A stretch of DNA of 41,254 nucleotides from the NCBI GenBank assembly GCA_965233585.1, contig CBDDTI010000195.1:1-41254 (forward strand), in the 5' to 3' direction. The notes under the pieces are model-generated. The model did no database searches. It had not been told where the DNA came from and worked only from the letters and a program-made list of their open reading frames with translations. How positions within the stretch are numbered: position 1 is the stretch's first letter; every line of letters begins with the position of its first letter. The stretch is from a bacterium. Lineage in GTDB: Bacteria > SAR324 > NAC60-12. Both the position numbers and the translations under genes were made by a program. This document shows, piece by piece, positions 8,301 to 20,081 of the stretch.

Positions 8301-11004
8301 CCCCTCTAGACTCCTACCGAAGTTTTCGGCCCAGAAAGAACATGAATTATGTTTTTTTCAGTCGATCCCGTTATTAATTAATAGTATTAATTTAAAACGG
8401 GATGGAGTAAGAATCTGCTTAGGGAAAGATGTGGAAAGGTGAAGTATTGAAGGCTTTCTTACTCCGCCATCGTTTCGATATCGTGTCAATTACATTGGGT
8501 AATTGAATTAAAACATACCACGGAGTAGCGGAGTAGCGCGGAGTAGCGACGGATTGGTGAATGTTGCCTGGGTGGTGCTGCATTGCAATCGCCGCATTGG
8601 AGCTAAGGAACGGAGACAGCTGATACCACATGTGCGCTTTCAGGTTCCATTTCTGGGGCCGGAAAGTCAATTGAAATCAGGCTTCGCATGTGCGGGCCTC
8701 CTCTGTTCCAACTCTATATGCTTGTTGCTTAACTAAACGCAGTTGTCATTTTTTGTTTGTTGCACGGGTCGGCCTTTGTTGATTTTGCGATTTTGCGGTC
8801 TCATTTTTGGTACCGCCAGACGGTCCCAAAAATGGGACCGTGAAAGTGCTTTTCTTCTATTCTTTTACTAAGCTGTGCATGCGGTCCCAAAAATGGAACC
8901 GCCAGGCGGTCCCATTTTTGGGACCATGTTTAGGTTCATTTTTTGAAGTTTTTTGTATCAAGGTTGCAGAAGCGCAACGTTTTGGTTTCAATGAACCTTT
9001 TTGGCTTATGGCGACCGGAAGGGTAACTGTTCCAACTCTATATGCTTGTTGCTTAACTAAACGCAGTTGTCATTTTTTGTTTGTTGCACGGGTCGGCCTT
9101 TGTTGATTTTGCGATTTTGCGGTCTCATTTTTGGTACCGCCAGACGGTCCCAAAAATGGGACCGTGAAAGTGCTTTTCTTCTATTCTTTTACTAAGCTGT
9201 GCATGCGGTCCCAAAAATGGAACCGCCAGGCGGTCCCATTTTTGGGACCATGTTTAGGTTCATTTTTTGAAGTTTTTTGTATCAAGGTTGCAGAAGCGCA
9301 ACGTTTTGGTTTCAATGAACCTTTTTGGCTTATGGCGACCGGAAGGGTAACTAGGGAGGCCCTTTTGAGCGAAGCCGGTTTTGAGAAGCTTTTCCGGACC
9401 CAGAATTGGGTCCGTCGGAGCAAGCTGTTTTGTAGATGATTTTGTTTCTTGTTGGGGCAAGCGGGGTGCATATCGGTTGCTGCTTGAACCCAGTTGAAGG
9501 ATGTTGAAGGTAGCTTTTTATGATTTCGTTTCGTCTGGTGGCTTGATTGTTTGCTGCTAAAAGCAGCCTTTTGCAGCCTTAGGTGATTGCTTGAAGTGTT
9601 TCTTGCTGTTGCGGAGTTTGTGGGTTTTCGCGCAGGCAGTCGGCTTCCATTTGAATGATTGTATTGAATACTTTACTGCCCCTTGTTGGCCCCCCTTGCC
9701 CCTCTAGACTCCTACCGAAGTTTTCGGCCCAGAAAGAACATGAATTATGTTTTTTTCAGTCGATCCCGTTATTAATTAATAGTATTAATTTAAAACGGGA
9801 TGGAGTAAGAATCTGCTTAGGGAAAGATGTGGAAAGGTGAAGTATTGAAGGCTTTCTTACTCCGCCATCGTTTCGATATCGTGTCAATTACATTGGGTAA
9901 TTGAATTAAAACATACCACGGAGTAGCGGAGTAGCGCGGAGTAGCGACGGATTGGTGAATGTTGCCTGGGTGGTGCTGCATTGCAATCGCCGCATTGGAG
10001 CTAAGGAACGGAGACAGCTGATACCACATGTGCGCTTTCAGGTTCCATTTCTGGGGCCGGAAAGTCAATTGAAATCAGGCTTCGCATGTGCGGGCCTCCT
10101 CTGTTCCAACTCTATATGCTTGTTGCTTAACTAAACGCAGTTGTCATTTTTTGTTTGTTGCACGGGTCGGCCTTTGCTGTTGATTTTGCGATTTTGCGGT
10201 CTCATTTTTGGTACCGCCAGACGGTCCCAAAAATGGGACCGTGAAAGTGCTTTTCTTCTATTCTTTTACTAAGCTGTGCATGCGGTCCCAAAAGGTCCCA
10301 TTTTTGGGACCGTGTTTAGGTTCATTTTTTGAAGTTTTTTGTATCAAGGTTGCAGAAGCGCAACGTTTTGGTTTCAATGAACCTTTTTGGCTTATGGCGA
10401 CCGGAAGGGCAACTGTTCCAACTCTATATGCTTGTTGCTTAACTAAACGCAGTTGTCATTTTTTGTTTGTTGCACGGGTCGGCCTTTGCTGTTGATTTTG
10501 CGATTTTGCGGTCTCATTTTTGGTACCGCCAAAATCAGGGACCGTGAAAGTGCTTTTCTTCTATTCTTTTACTAAGCTGTGCATGCGGTCCCAAAAATGG
10601 GACCGCCTTTGGGACTGTGTTTAGGTTCATTTTTTGAAGTTTTTTGTATCAAGGTTGCAGAAGCGCAACGTTTTGGTTTCAATGAACCTTTTTGGCTCAT
10701 GGCGACCGGAAGGGTAACTAGGGAGGCCCTTTTGAGCGAAGCCGGTTTTGAGAAGCTTTTCCGGACCCAGAATTGGGTCCGTCGGAGCAAGCTGTTTTGT
10801 AGATGATTTTGTTTCTTGTTGGGGCAAGCGGGGTGCATATCGGTTGCTGCTTGAACCCAGTTGAAGGATGTTGAAGGTAGCTTTTTATGATTTCGTTTCG
10901 TCTGGTGGCTTGATTGTTTGCTGCTAAAAGCAGCCTTTTGCAGCCTTAGGTGATTGCTTGAAGTGTTTCTTGCTGTTGCGGAGTTTGTGGGTTTTCGCGC
11001 AGGC

Positions 11005-12408
11005 AGTCGGCTTCCATTTGAATGATTGTATTGAATACTTTACTGCCCCTTGTTGGCCCCCCTTGCCCCTCTAGACTCCTACCGAAGTTTTCGGCCCAGA
11101 AAGAACATGAATTATGTTTTTTTCAGTCGATCCCGTTATTAATTAATAGTATTAATTTAAAACGGGATGGAGTAAGAATCTGCTTAGGGAAAGATGTGGA
11201 AAGGTGAAGTATTGAAGGCTTTCTTACTCCGCCATCGTTTCGATATCGTGTCAATTACATTGGGTAATTGAATTAAAACATACCACGGAGTAGCGGAGTA
11301 GCGCGGAGTAGCGACGGATTGGTGAATGTTGCCTGGGTGGTGCTGCATTGCAATCGCCGCATTGGAGCTAAGGAACGGAGACAGCTGATACCACATGTGC
11401 GCTTTCAGGTTCCATTTCTGGGGCCGGAAAGTCAATTGAAATCAGGCTTCGCATGTGCGGGCCTCCTCTGTTCCAACTCTATATGCTTGTTGCTTAACTA
11501 AACGCAGTTGTCATTTTTTGTTTGTTGCACGGGTCGGCCTTTGCTGTTGATTTTGCGATTTTGCGGTCTCATTTTTGGTACCGCCAGACGGTCCCAAAAA
11601 TGGGACCGTGAAAGTGCTTTTCTTCTATTCTTTTACTAAGCTGTGCATGCGGTCCCAAAAATGGGACCGCCAGGCGGTCCCATTTTTGGGACCGTGTTTA
11701 GGTTCATTTTTTGAAGTTTTTTGTATCAAGGTTGCAGAAGCGCAACGTTTTGGTTTCAATGAACCTTTTTGGCTTATGGCGACCGGAAGGGCAACTGTTC
11801 CAACTCTATATGCTTGTTGCTTAACTAAACGCAGTTGTCATTTTTTGTTTGTTGCACGGGTCGGCCTTTGCTGTTGATTTTGCGATTTTGCGGTCTCATT
11901 TTTGGTACCGCCAGACGGTCCCAAAAATGGGACCGTGAAAGTGCTTTTCTTCTATTCTTTTACTAAGCTGTGCATGCGGTCCCAAAAATGGGACCGCCAG
12001 GCGGTCCCATTTTTGGGACCGTGTTTAGGTTCATTTTTTGAAGTTTTTTGTATCAAGGTTGCAGAAGCGCAACGTTTTGGTTTCAATGAACCTTTTTGGC
12101 TTATGGCGACCGGAAGGGTAACTAGGGAGGCCCTTTTGAGCGAAGCCGGTTTTGAGAAGCTTTTCCGGACCCAGAATTGGGTCCGTCGGAGCAAGCTGTT
12201 TTGTAGATGATTTTGTTTCTTGTTGGGGCAAGCGGGGTGCATATCGGTTGCTGCTTGAACCCAGTTGAAGGATGTTGAAGGTAGCTTTTTATGATTTCGT
12301 TTCGTCTGGTGGCTTGATTGTTTGCTGCTAAAAGCAGCCTTTTGCAGCCTTAGGTGATTGCTTGAAGTGTTTCTTGCTGTTGCGGAGTTTGTGGGTTTTC
12401 GCGCAGGC
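11005..12408. repeat. Reference long monomer (1404 bp, two internal modules); the majority form (22 of 31 copies)
   Basis: 1404 = 1077 + 327. The exact length is also seen for monomers starting at 25518 and 30056; other two-module copies differ by small indels. Confidence 0.97.
11468..12121. repeat. 327-bp internal sub-repeat module, two tandem copies (11468-11794, 11795-12121)
   Basis: CTGTTCCAACTCTATATG...GGCGACCGGAAGGG(C/T)AA is repeated directly; it is present 1-3 times in every monomer. Confidence 0.97.
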
Positions 12409-13485
12409 AGTCGGCTTCCATTTGAATGATTGTATTGAATACTTTACTGCCCCTTGTTGGCCCCCCTTGCCCCTCTAGACTCCTACCGAAGTTTTCGGCC
12501 CAGAAAGAACATGAATTATGTTTTTTTCAGTCGATCCCGTTATTAATTAATAGTATTAATTTAAAACGGGATGGAGTAAGAATCTGCTTAGGGAAAGATG
12601 TGGAAAGGTGAAGTATTGAAGGCTTTCTTACTCCGCCATCGTTTCGATATCGTGTCAATTACATTGGGTAATTGAATTAAAACATACCACGGAGTAGCGG
12701 AGTAGCGCGGAGTAGCGACGGATTGGTGAATGTTGCCTGGGTGGTGCTGCATTGCAATCGCCGCATTGGAGCTAAGGAACGGAGACAGCTGATACCACAT
12801 GTGCGCTTTCAGGTTCCATTTCTGGGGCCGGAAAGTCAATTGAAATCAGGCTTCGCATGTGCGGGCCTCCTCTGTTCCAACTCTATATGCTTGTTGCTTA
12901 ACTAAACGCAGTTGTCATTTTTTGTTTGTTGCACGGGTCGGCCTTTGCTGTTGATTTTGCGATTTTGCGGTCTCATTTTTGGTACCGCCAGACGGTCCCA
13001 AAAATGGGACCGTGAAAGTGCTTTTCTTCTATTCTTTTACTAAGCTGTGCATGCGGTCCCAAAAATGGGACCGCCAGGCGGTCCCATTTTTGGGACCGTG
13101 TTTAGGTTCATTTTTTGAAGTTTTTTGTATCAAGGTTGCAGAAGCGCAACGTTTTGGTTTCAATGAACCTTTTTGGCTTATGGCGACCGGAAGGGTAACT
13201 AGGGAGGCCCTTTTGAGCGAAGCCGGTTTTGAGAAGCTTTTCCGGACCCAGAATTGGGTCCGTCGGAGCAAGCTGTTTTGTAGATGATTTTGTTTCTTGT
13301 TGGGGCAAGCGGGGTGCATATCGGTTGCTGCTTGAACCCAGTTGAAGGATGTTGAAGGTAGCTTTTTATGATTTCGTTTCGTCTGGTGGCTTGATTGTTT
13401 GCTGCTAAAAGCAGCCTTTTGCAGCCTTAGGTGATTGCTTGAAGTGTTTCTTGCTGTTGCGGAGTTTGTGGGTTTTCGCGCAGGC
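12409..13485. repeat. Reference short monomer (1077 bp, one internal module)
   Basis: Anchor-to-anchor distance is 1077 bp here and in the next copy (13486-14562). One-module monomers start at 2816, 3898, 4969, 6058, 7149, 12409, 13486 and 35674. Confidence 0.97.
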
Positions 13486-14562
13486 AGTCGGCTTCCATTT
13501 GAATGATTGTATTGAATACTTTACTGCCCCTTGTTGGCCCCCCTTGCCCCTCTAGACTCCTACCGAAGTTTTCGGCCCAGAAAGAACATGAATTATGTTT
13601 TTTTCAGTCGATCCCGTTATTAATTAATAGTATTAATTTAAAACGGGATGGAGTAAGAATCTGCTTAGGGAAAGATGTGGAAAGGTGAAGTATTGAAGGC
13701 TTTCTTACTCCGCCATCGTTTCGATATCGTGTCAATTACATTGGGTAATTGAATTAAAACATACCACGGAGTAGCGGAGTAGCGCGGAGTAGCGACGGAT
13801 TGGTGAATGTTGCCTGGGTGGTGCTGCATTGCAATCGCCGCATTGGAGCTAAGGAACGGAGACAGCTGATACCACATGTGCGCTTTCAGGTTCCATTTCT
13901 GGGGCCGGAAAGTCAATTGAAATCAGGCTTCGCATGTGCGGGCCTCCTCTGTTCCAACTCTATATGCTTGTTGCTTAACTAAACGCAGTTGTCATTTTTT
14001 GTTTGTTGCACGGGTCGGCCTTTGCTGTTGATTTTGCGATTTTGCGGTCTCATTTTTGGTACCGCCAGACGGTCCCAAAAATGGGACCGTGAAAGTGCTT
14101 TTCTTCTATTCTTTTACTAAGCTGTGCATGCGGTCCCAAAAATGGGACCGCCAGGCGGTCCCATTTTTGGGACCGTGTTTAGGTTCATTTTTTGAAGTTT
14201 TTTGTATCAAGGTTGCAGAAGCGCAACGTTTTGGTTTCAATGAACCTTTTTGGCTCATGGCGACCGGAAGGGTAACTAGGGAGGCCCTTTTGAGCGAAGC
14301 CGGTTTTGAGAAGCTTTTCCGGACCCAGAATTGGGTCCGTCGGAGCAAGCTGTTTTGTAGATGATTTTGTTTCTTGTTGGGGCAAGCGGGGTGCATATCG
14401 GTTGCTGCTTGAACCCAGTTGAAGGATGTTGAAGGTAGCTTTTTATGATTTCGTTTCGTCTGGTGGCTTGATTGTTTGCTGCTAAAAGCAGCCTTTTGCA
14501 GCCTTAGGTGATTGCTTGAAGTGTTTCTTGCTGTTGCGGAGTTTGTGGGTTTTCGCGCAGGC

Positions 14563-17500
14563 AGTCGGCTTCCATTTGAATGATTGTATTGAATACTTTA
14601 CTGCCCCTTGTTGGCCCCCCTTGCCCCTCTAGACTCCTACCGAAGTTTTCGGCCCAGAAAGAACATGAATTATGTTTTTCAGTCGATCCCGTTATTAATT
14701 AATAGTATTAATTTAAAACGGGATGGAGTAAGAATCTGCTTAGGGAAAGATGTGGAAAGGTGAAGTATTGAAGGCTTTCTTACTCCGCCATCGTTTCGAT
14801 ATCGTGTCAATTACATTGGGTAATTGAATTAAAACATACCACGGAGTAGCGGAGTAGCGCGGAGTAGCGACGGATTGGTGAATGTTGCCTGGGTGGTGCT
14901 GCATTGCAATCGCCGCATTGGAGCTAAGGAACGGAGACAGCTGATACCACATGTGCGCTTTCAGGTTCCATTTCTGGGGCCGGAAAGTCAATTGAAATCA
15001 GGCTTCGCATGTGCGGGCCTCCTCTGTTCCAACTCTATATGCTTGTTGCTTAACTAAAAGAAAGCAGTTGTCATTTTTTGTTTGTTGCACGGGTCGGCCT
15101 TTGCTGTTGATTTTGCGATTTTGCGGTCTCATTTTTGGGACCGCCAGATTTGGTACCGCCAGACGGTCCCAAAAATGGGACCGTGAAAGTGCTTTTCTTC
15201 TATTCTTTTACTAAGCTGTGCATGCGGTCCCAAAAATGGGACCTTAGGTTCATTTTTTGAAGTTTTTTGTATCAAGGTTGCAGAAGCGCAACGTTTTGGT
15301 TTCAATGAACCTTTTTGGCTTATGGCGACCGGAAGGGCAACTGTTCCAACTCTATATGCTTGTTGCTTAACTAAACGCAGTTGTCATTTTTTGTTTGTTG
15401 CACGGGTCGGCCTTTGCTGTTGATTTTGCGATTTTGCGGTCTCATTTTTGGTACCGCCAGACGGTCCCAAAAATGGGACCGTGAAAGTGCTTTTCTTCTA
15501 TTCTTTTACTAAGCTGTGCATGCGGTCCCAAAAATGGGACCGCCAGGCGGTCCCATTTTTGGGACCGTGTTTAGGTTCATTTTTTGAAGTTTTTTGTATC
15601 AAGGTTGCAGAAGCGCAACGTTTTGGTTTCAATGAACCTTTTTGGCTTATGGCGACCGGAAGGGTAACTAGGGAGGCCCTTTTGAGCGAAGCCGGTTTTG
15701 AGAAGCTTTTCCGGACCCAGAATTGGGTCCGTCGGAGCAAGCTGTTTTGTAGATGATTTTGTTTCTTGTTGGGGCAAGCGGGGTGCATATCGGTTGCTGC
15801 TTGAACCCAGTTGAAGGATGTTGAAGGTAGCTTTTTATGATTTCGTTTCGTCTGGTGGCTTGATTGTTTGCTGCTAAAAGCAGCCTTTTGCAGCCTTAGG
15901 TGATTGCTTGAAGTGTTTCTTGCTGTTGCGGAGTTTGTGGGTTTTCGCGCAGGCAGTCGGCTTCCATTTGAATGATTGTATTGAATACTTTACTGCACCT
16001 TGTTGGCCCCCCTTGCCCCTCTAGACTCCTACCGAAGTTTTCGGCCCAGAAAGAACGTGAATTATGTTTTTTTCAGTCGATCCCGTTTTAATTAATAGTA
16101 TTAATTTAAAACGGGATGGAGTAAGAATCTGCTTAGGGAAAGATGTGGAAAGGTGAAGTATTGAAGGCTTTCTTACTCCGCCATCGTTTCGATATCGTGT
16201 CAATTACATTGGGTAATTGAATTAAAACATACCACGGAGTAGCGGAGTAGCGCGGAGTAGCGACGGATTGGTGAATGTTGCCTGGGTGGTGCTGCATTGC
16301 AATCGCCGCATTGGAGCTAAGGAACGGAGACAGCTGATACCACATGTGCGCTTTCAGGTTCCATTTCTGGGGCCGGAAAGTCAATTGAAATCAGGCTTCG
16401 CATGTGCGGGCCTCCTCTGTTCCAACTCTATATGCTTGTTGCTTAACTAAACGCAGTTGTCATTTTTTGTTTGTTGCACGGGTCGGCCTTTGCTGTTGAT
16501 TTTGCGATTTTGCGGTCTCATTTTTGGTACCGCCAGACGGTCCCAAAAATGGGACCGTGAAAGTGCTTTTCTTCTATTCTTTTACTAAGCTGTGCATGCG
16601 GTCCCAAAAATGGGACCTTAGGTTCATTTTTTGAAGTTTTTTGTATCAAGGTTGCAGAAGCGCAACGTTTTGGTTTCAATGAACCTTTTTGGCTTATGGC
16701 GACCGGAAGGGCAACTGTTCCAACTCTATATGCTTGTTGCTTAACTAAACGCAGTTGTCATTTTTTGTTTGTTGCACGGGTCGGCCTTTGCTGTTGATTT
16801 TGCGATTTTGCGGTCTCATTTTTGGTACCGCCAGACGGTCCCAAAAATGGGACCGTGAAAGTGCTTTTCTTCTATTCTTTTACTAAGCTGTGCATGCGGT
16901 CCCAAAAATGGGACCGCCAGGCGGTCCCATTTTTGGGACCGTGTTTAGGTTCATTTTTTGAAGTTTTTTGTATCAAGGTTGCAGAAGCGCAACGTTTTGG
17001 TTTCAATGAACCTTTTTGGCTTATGGCGACCGGAAGGGTAACTAGGGAGGCCCTTTTGAGCGAAGCCGGTTTTGAGAAGCTTTTCCGGACCCAGAATTGG
17101 GTCCGTCGGAGCAAGCTGTTTTGTAGATGATTTTGTTTCTTGTTGGGGCAAGCGGGGTGCATATCGGTTGCTGCTTGAACCCAGTTGAAGGATGTTGAAG
17201 GTAGCTTTTTATGATTTCGTTTCGTCTGGTGGCTTGATTGTTTGCTGCTGAAAGCAGCCTTTTGCAGCCTTAGGTGATTGCTTGAAGTGTTTCTTGCTGT
17301 TGCGGAGTTTGTGGGTTTTCGCGCAGGCAGTCGGCTTCCATTTGAATGATTGTATTGAATACTTTACTGCCCCTTGTTGGCCCCCCTTGCCCCTCTAGAC
17401 TCCTACCGAAGTTTTCGGCCCAGAAAGAACATGAATTATGTTTTTTTCAGTCGATCCCGTTATTAATTAATAGTATTAATTTAAAACGGGATGGAGTAAG

Positions 17501-20081
17501 AATCTGCTTAGGGAAAGATGTGGAAAGGTGAAGTATTGAAGGCTTTCTTACTCCGCCATCGTTTCGATATCGTGTCAATTACATTGGGTAATTGAATTAA
17601 AACATACCACGGAGTAGCGGAGTAGCGCGGAGTAGCGACGGATTGGTGAATGTTGCCTGGGTGGTGCTGCATTGCAATCGCCGCATTGGAGCTAAGGAAC
17701 GGAGACAGCTGATACCACATGTGCGCTTTCAGGTTCCATTTCTGGGGCCGGAAAGTCAATTGAAATCAGGCTTCGCATGTGCGGGCCTCCTCTGTTCCAA
17801 CTCTATATGCTTGTTGCTTAACTAAAAGAAAGCAGTTGTCATTTTTTGTTTGTTGCACGGGTCGGCCTTTGCTGTTGATTTTGCGATTTTGCGGTCTCAT
17901 TTTTGGTACCGCCAGACGGTCCCAAAAATGGGACCGTGAAAGTGCTTTTCTTCTATTCTTTTACTAAGCTGTGCATGCGGTCCCAAAAATGGGACCTTAG
18001 GTTCATTTTTTGAAGTTTTTTGTATCAAGGTTGCAGAAGCGCAACGTTTTGGTTTCAATGAACCTTTTTGGCTTATGGCGACCGGAAGGGCAACTGTTCC
18101 AACTCTATATGCTTGTTGCTTAACTAAACGCAGTTGTCATTTTTTGTTTGTTGCACGGGTCGGCCTTTGCTGTTGATTTTGCGATTTTGCGGTCTCATTT
18201 TTGGTACCGCCAGACGGTCCCAAAAATGGGACCGTGAAAGTGCTTTTCTTCTATTCTTTTACTAAGCTGTGCATGCGGTCCCAAAAATGGGACCGCCAGG
18301 CGGTCCCATTTTTGGGACCGTGTTTAGGTTCATTTTTTGAAGTTTTTTGTATCAAGGTTGCAGAAGCGCAACGTTTTGGTTTCAATGAACCTTTTTGGCT
18401 TATGGCGACCGGAAGGGTAACTAGGGAGGCCCTTTTGAGCGAAGCCGGTTTTGAGAAGCTTTTCCGGACCCAGAATTGGGTCCGTCGGAGCAAGCTGTTT
18501 TGTAGATGATTTTGTTTCTTGTTGGGGCAAGCGGGGTGCATATCGGTTGCTGCTTGAACCCAGTTGAAGGATGTTGAAGGTAGCTTTTTATGATTTCGTT
18601 TCGTCTGGTGGCTTGATTGTTTGCTGCTAAAAGCAGCCTTTTGCAGCCTTAGGTGATTGCTTGAAGTGTTTCTTGCTGTTGCGGAGTTTGTGGGTTTTCG
18701 CGCAGGCAGTCGGCTTCCATTTGAATGATTGTATTGAATACTTTACTGCACCTTGTTGGCCCCCCTTGCCCCTCTAGACTCCTACCGAAGTTTTCGGCCC
18801 AGAAAGAACGTGAATTATGTTTTTTTCAGTCGATCCCGTTTTAATTAATAGTATTAATTTAAAACGGGATGGAGTAAGAATCTGCTTAGGGAAAGATGTG
18901 GAAAGGTGAAGTATTGAAGGCTTTCTTACTCCGCCATCGTTTCGATATCGTGTCAATTACATTGGGTAATTGAATTAAAACATACCACGGAGTAGCGGAG
19001 TAGCGCGGAGTAGCGACGGATTGGTGAATGTTGCCTGGGTGGTGCTGCATTGCAATCGCCGCATTGGAGCTAAGGAACGGAGACAGCTGATACCACATGT
19101 GCGCTTTCAGGTTCCATTTCTGGGGCCGGAAAGTCAATTGAAATCAGGCTTCGCATGTGCGGGCCTCCTCTGTTCCAACTCTATATGCTTGTTGCTTAAC
19201 TAAACGCAGTTGTCATTTTTTGTTTGTTGCACGGGTCGGCCTTTGCTGTTGATTTTGCGATTTTGCGGTCTCATTTTTGGTACCGCCAGACGGTCCCAAA
19301 AATGGGACCGTGAAAGTGCTTTTCTTCTATTCTTTTACTAAGCTGTGCATGCGGTCCCAAAAATGGGACCTTAGGTTCATTTTTTGAAGTTTTTTGTATC
19401 AAGGTTGCAGAAGCGCAACGTTTTGGTTTCAATGAACCTTTTTGGCTTATGGCGACCGGAAGGGCAACTGTTCCAACTCTATATGCTTGTTGCTTAACTA
19501 AACGCAGTTGTCATTTTTTGTTTGTTGCACGGGTCGGCCTTTGCTGTTGATTTTGCGATTTTGCGGTCTCATTTTTGGTACCGCCAGACGGTCCCAAAAA
19601 TGGGACCGTGAAAGTGCTTTTCTTCTATTCTTTTACTAAGCTGTGCATGCGGTCCCAAAAATGGGACCGCCAGGCGGTCCCATTTTTGGGACCGTGTTTA
19701 GGTTCATTTTTTGAAGTTTTTTGTATCAAGGTTGCAGAAGCGCAACGTTTTGGTTTCAATGAACCTTTTTGGCTTATGGCGACCGGAAGCGTAACTAGGG
19801 AGGCCCTTTTGAGCGAAGCCGGTTTTGAGAAGCTTTTCCGGACCCAGAATTGGGTCCGTCGGAGCAAGCTGTTTTGTAGATGATTTTGTTTCTTGTTGGG
19901 GCAAGCGGGGTGCATATCGGTTGCTGCTTGAACCCAGTTGAAGGATGTTGAAGGTAGCTTTTTATGATTTCGTTTCGTCTGGTGGCTTGATTGTTTGCTG
20001 CTGAAAGCAGCCTTTTGCAGCCTTAGGTGATTGCTTGAAGTGTTTCTTGCTGTTGCGGAGTTTGTGGGTTTTCGCGCAGGC
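14563..20081. repeat. Dimeric higher-order repeat (A-B-A-B, ~2.75 kb period)
   Basis: Monomers at 14563 and 17329 share AACTAAAAGAAAGCAG. Monomers at 15955 and 18708 share ACTGCACC, GAACGTGA, CCCGTTTTAATT and GCTGCTGAAAG. The distance 15955 to 18708 is 2753 bp. Confidence 0.9.

Noticed and set aside
14674..14679. Homopolymer length variants (T5/T6/T7 before CAGTCG, C5/C6 tracts)
   Set aside because: They cannot be distinguished from sequencing or consensus error, so I did not use them as markers.
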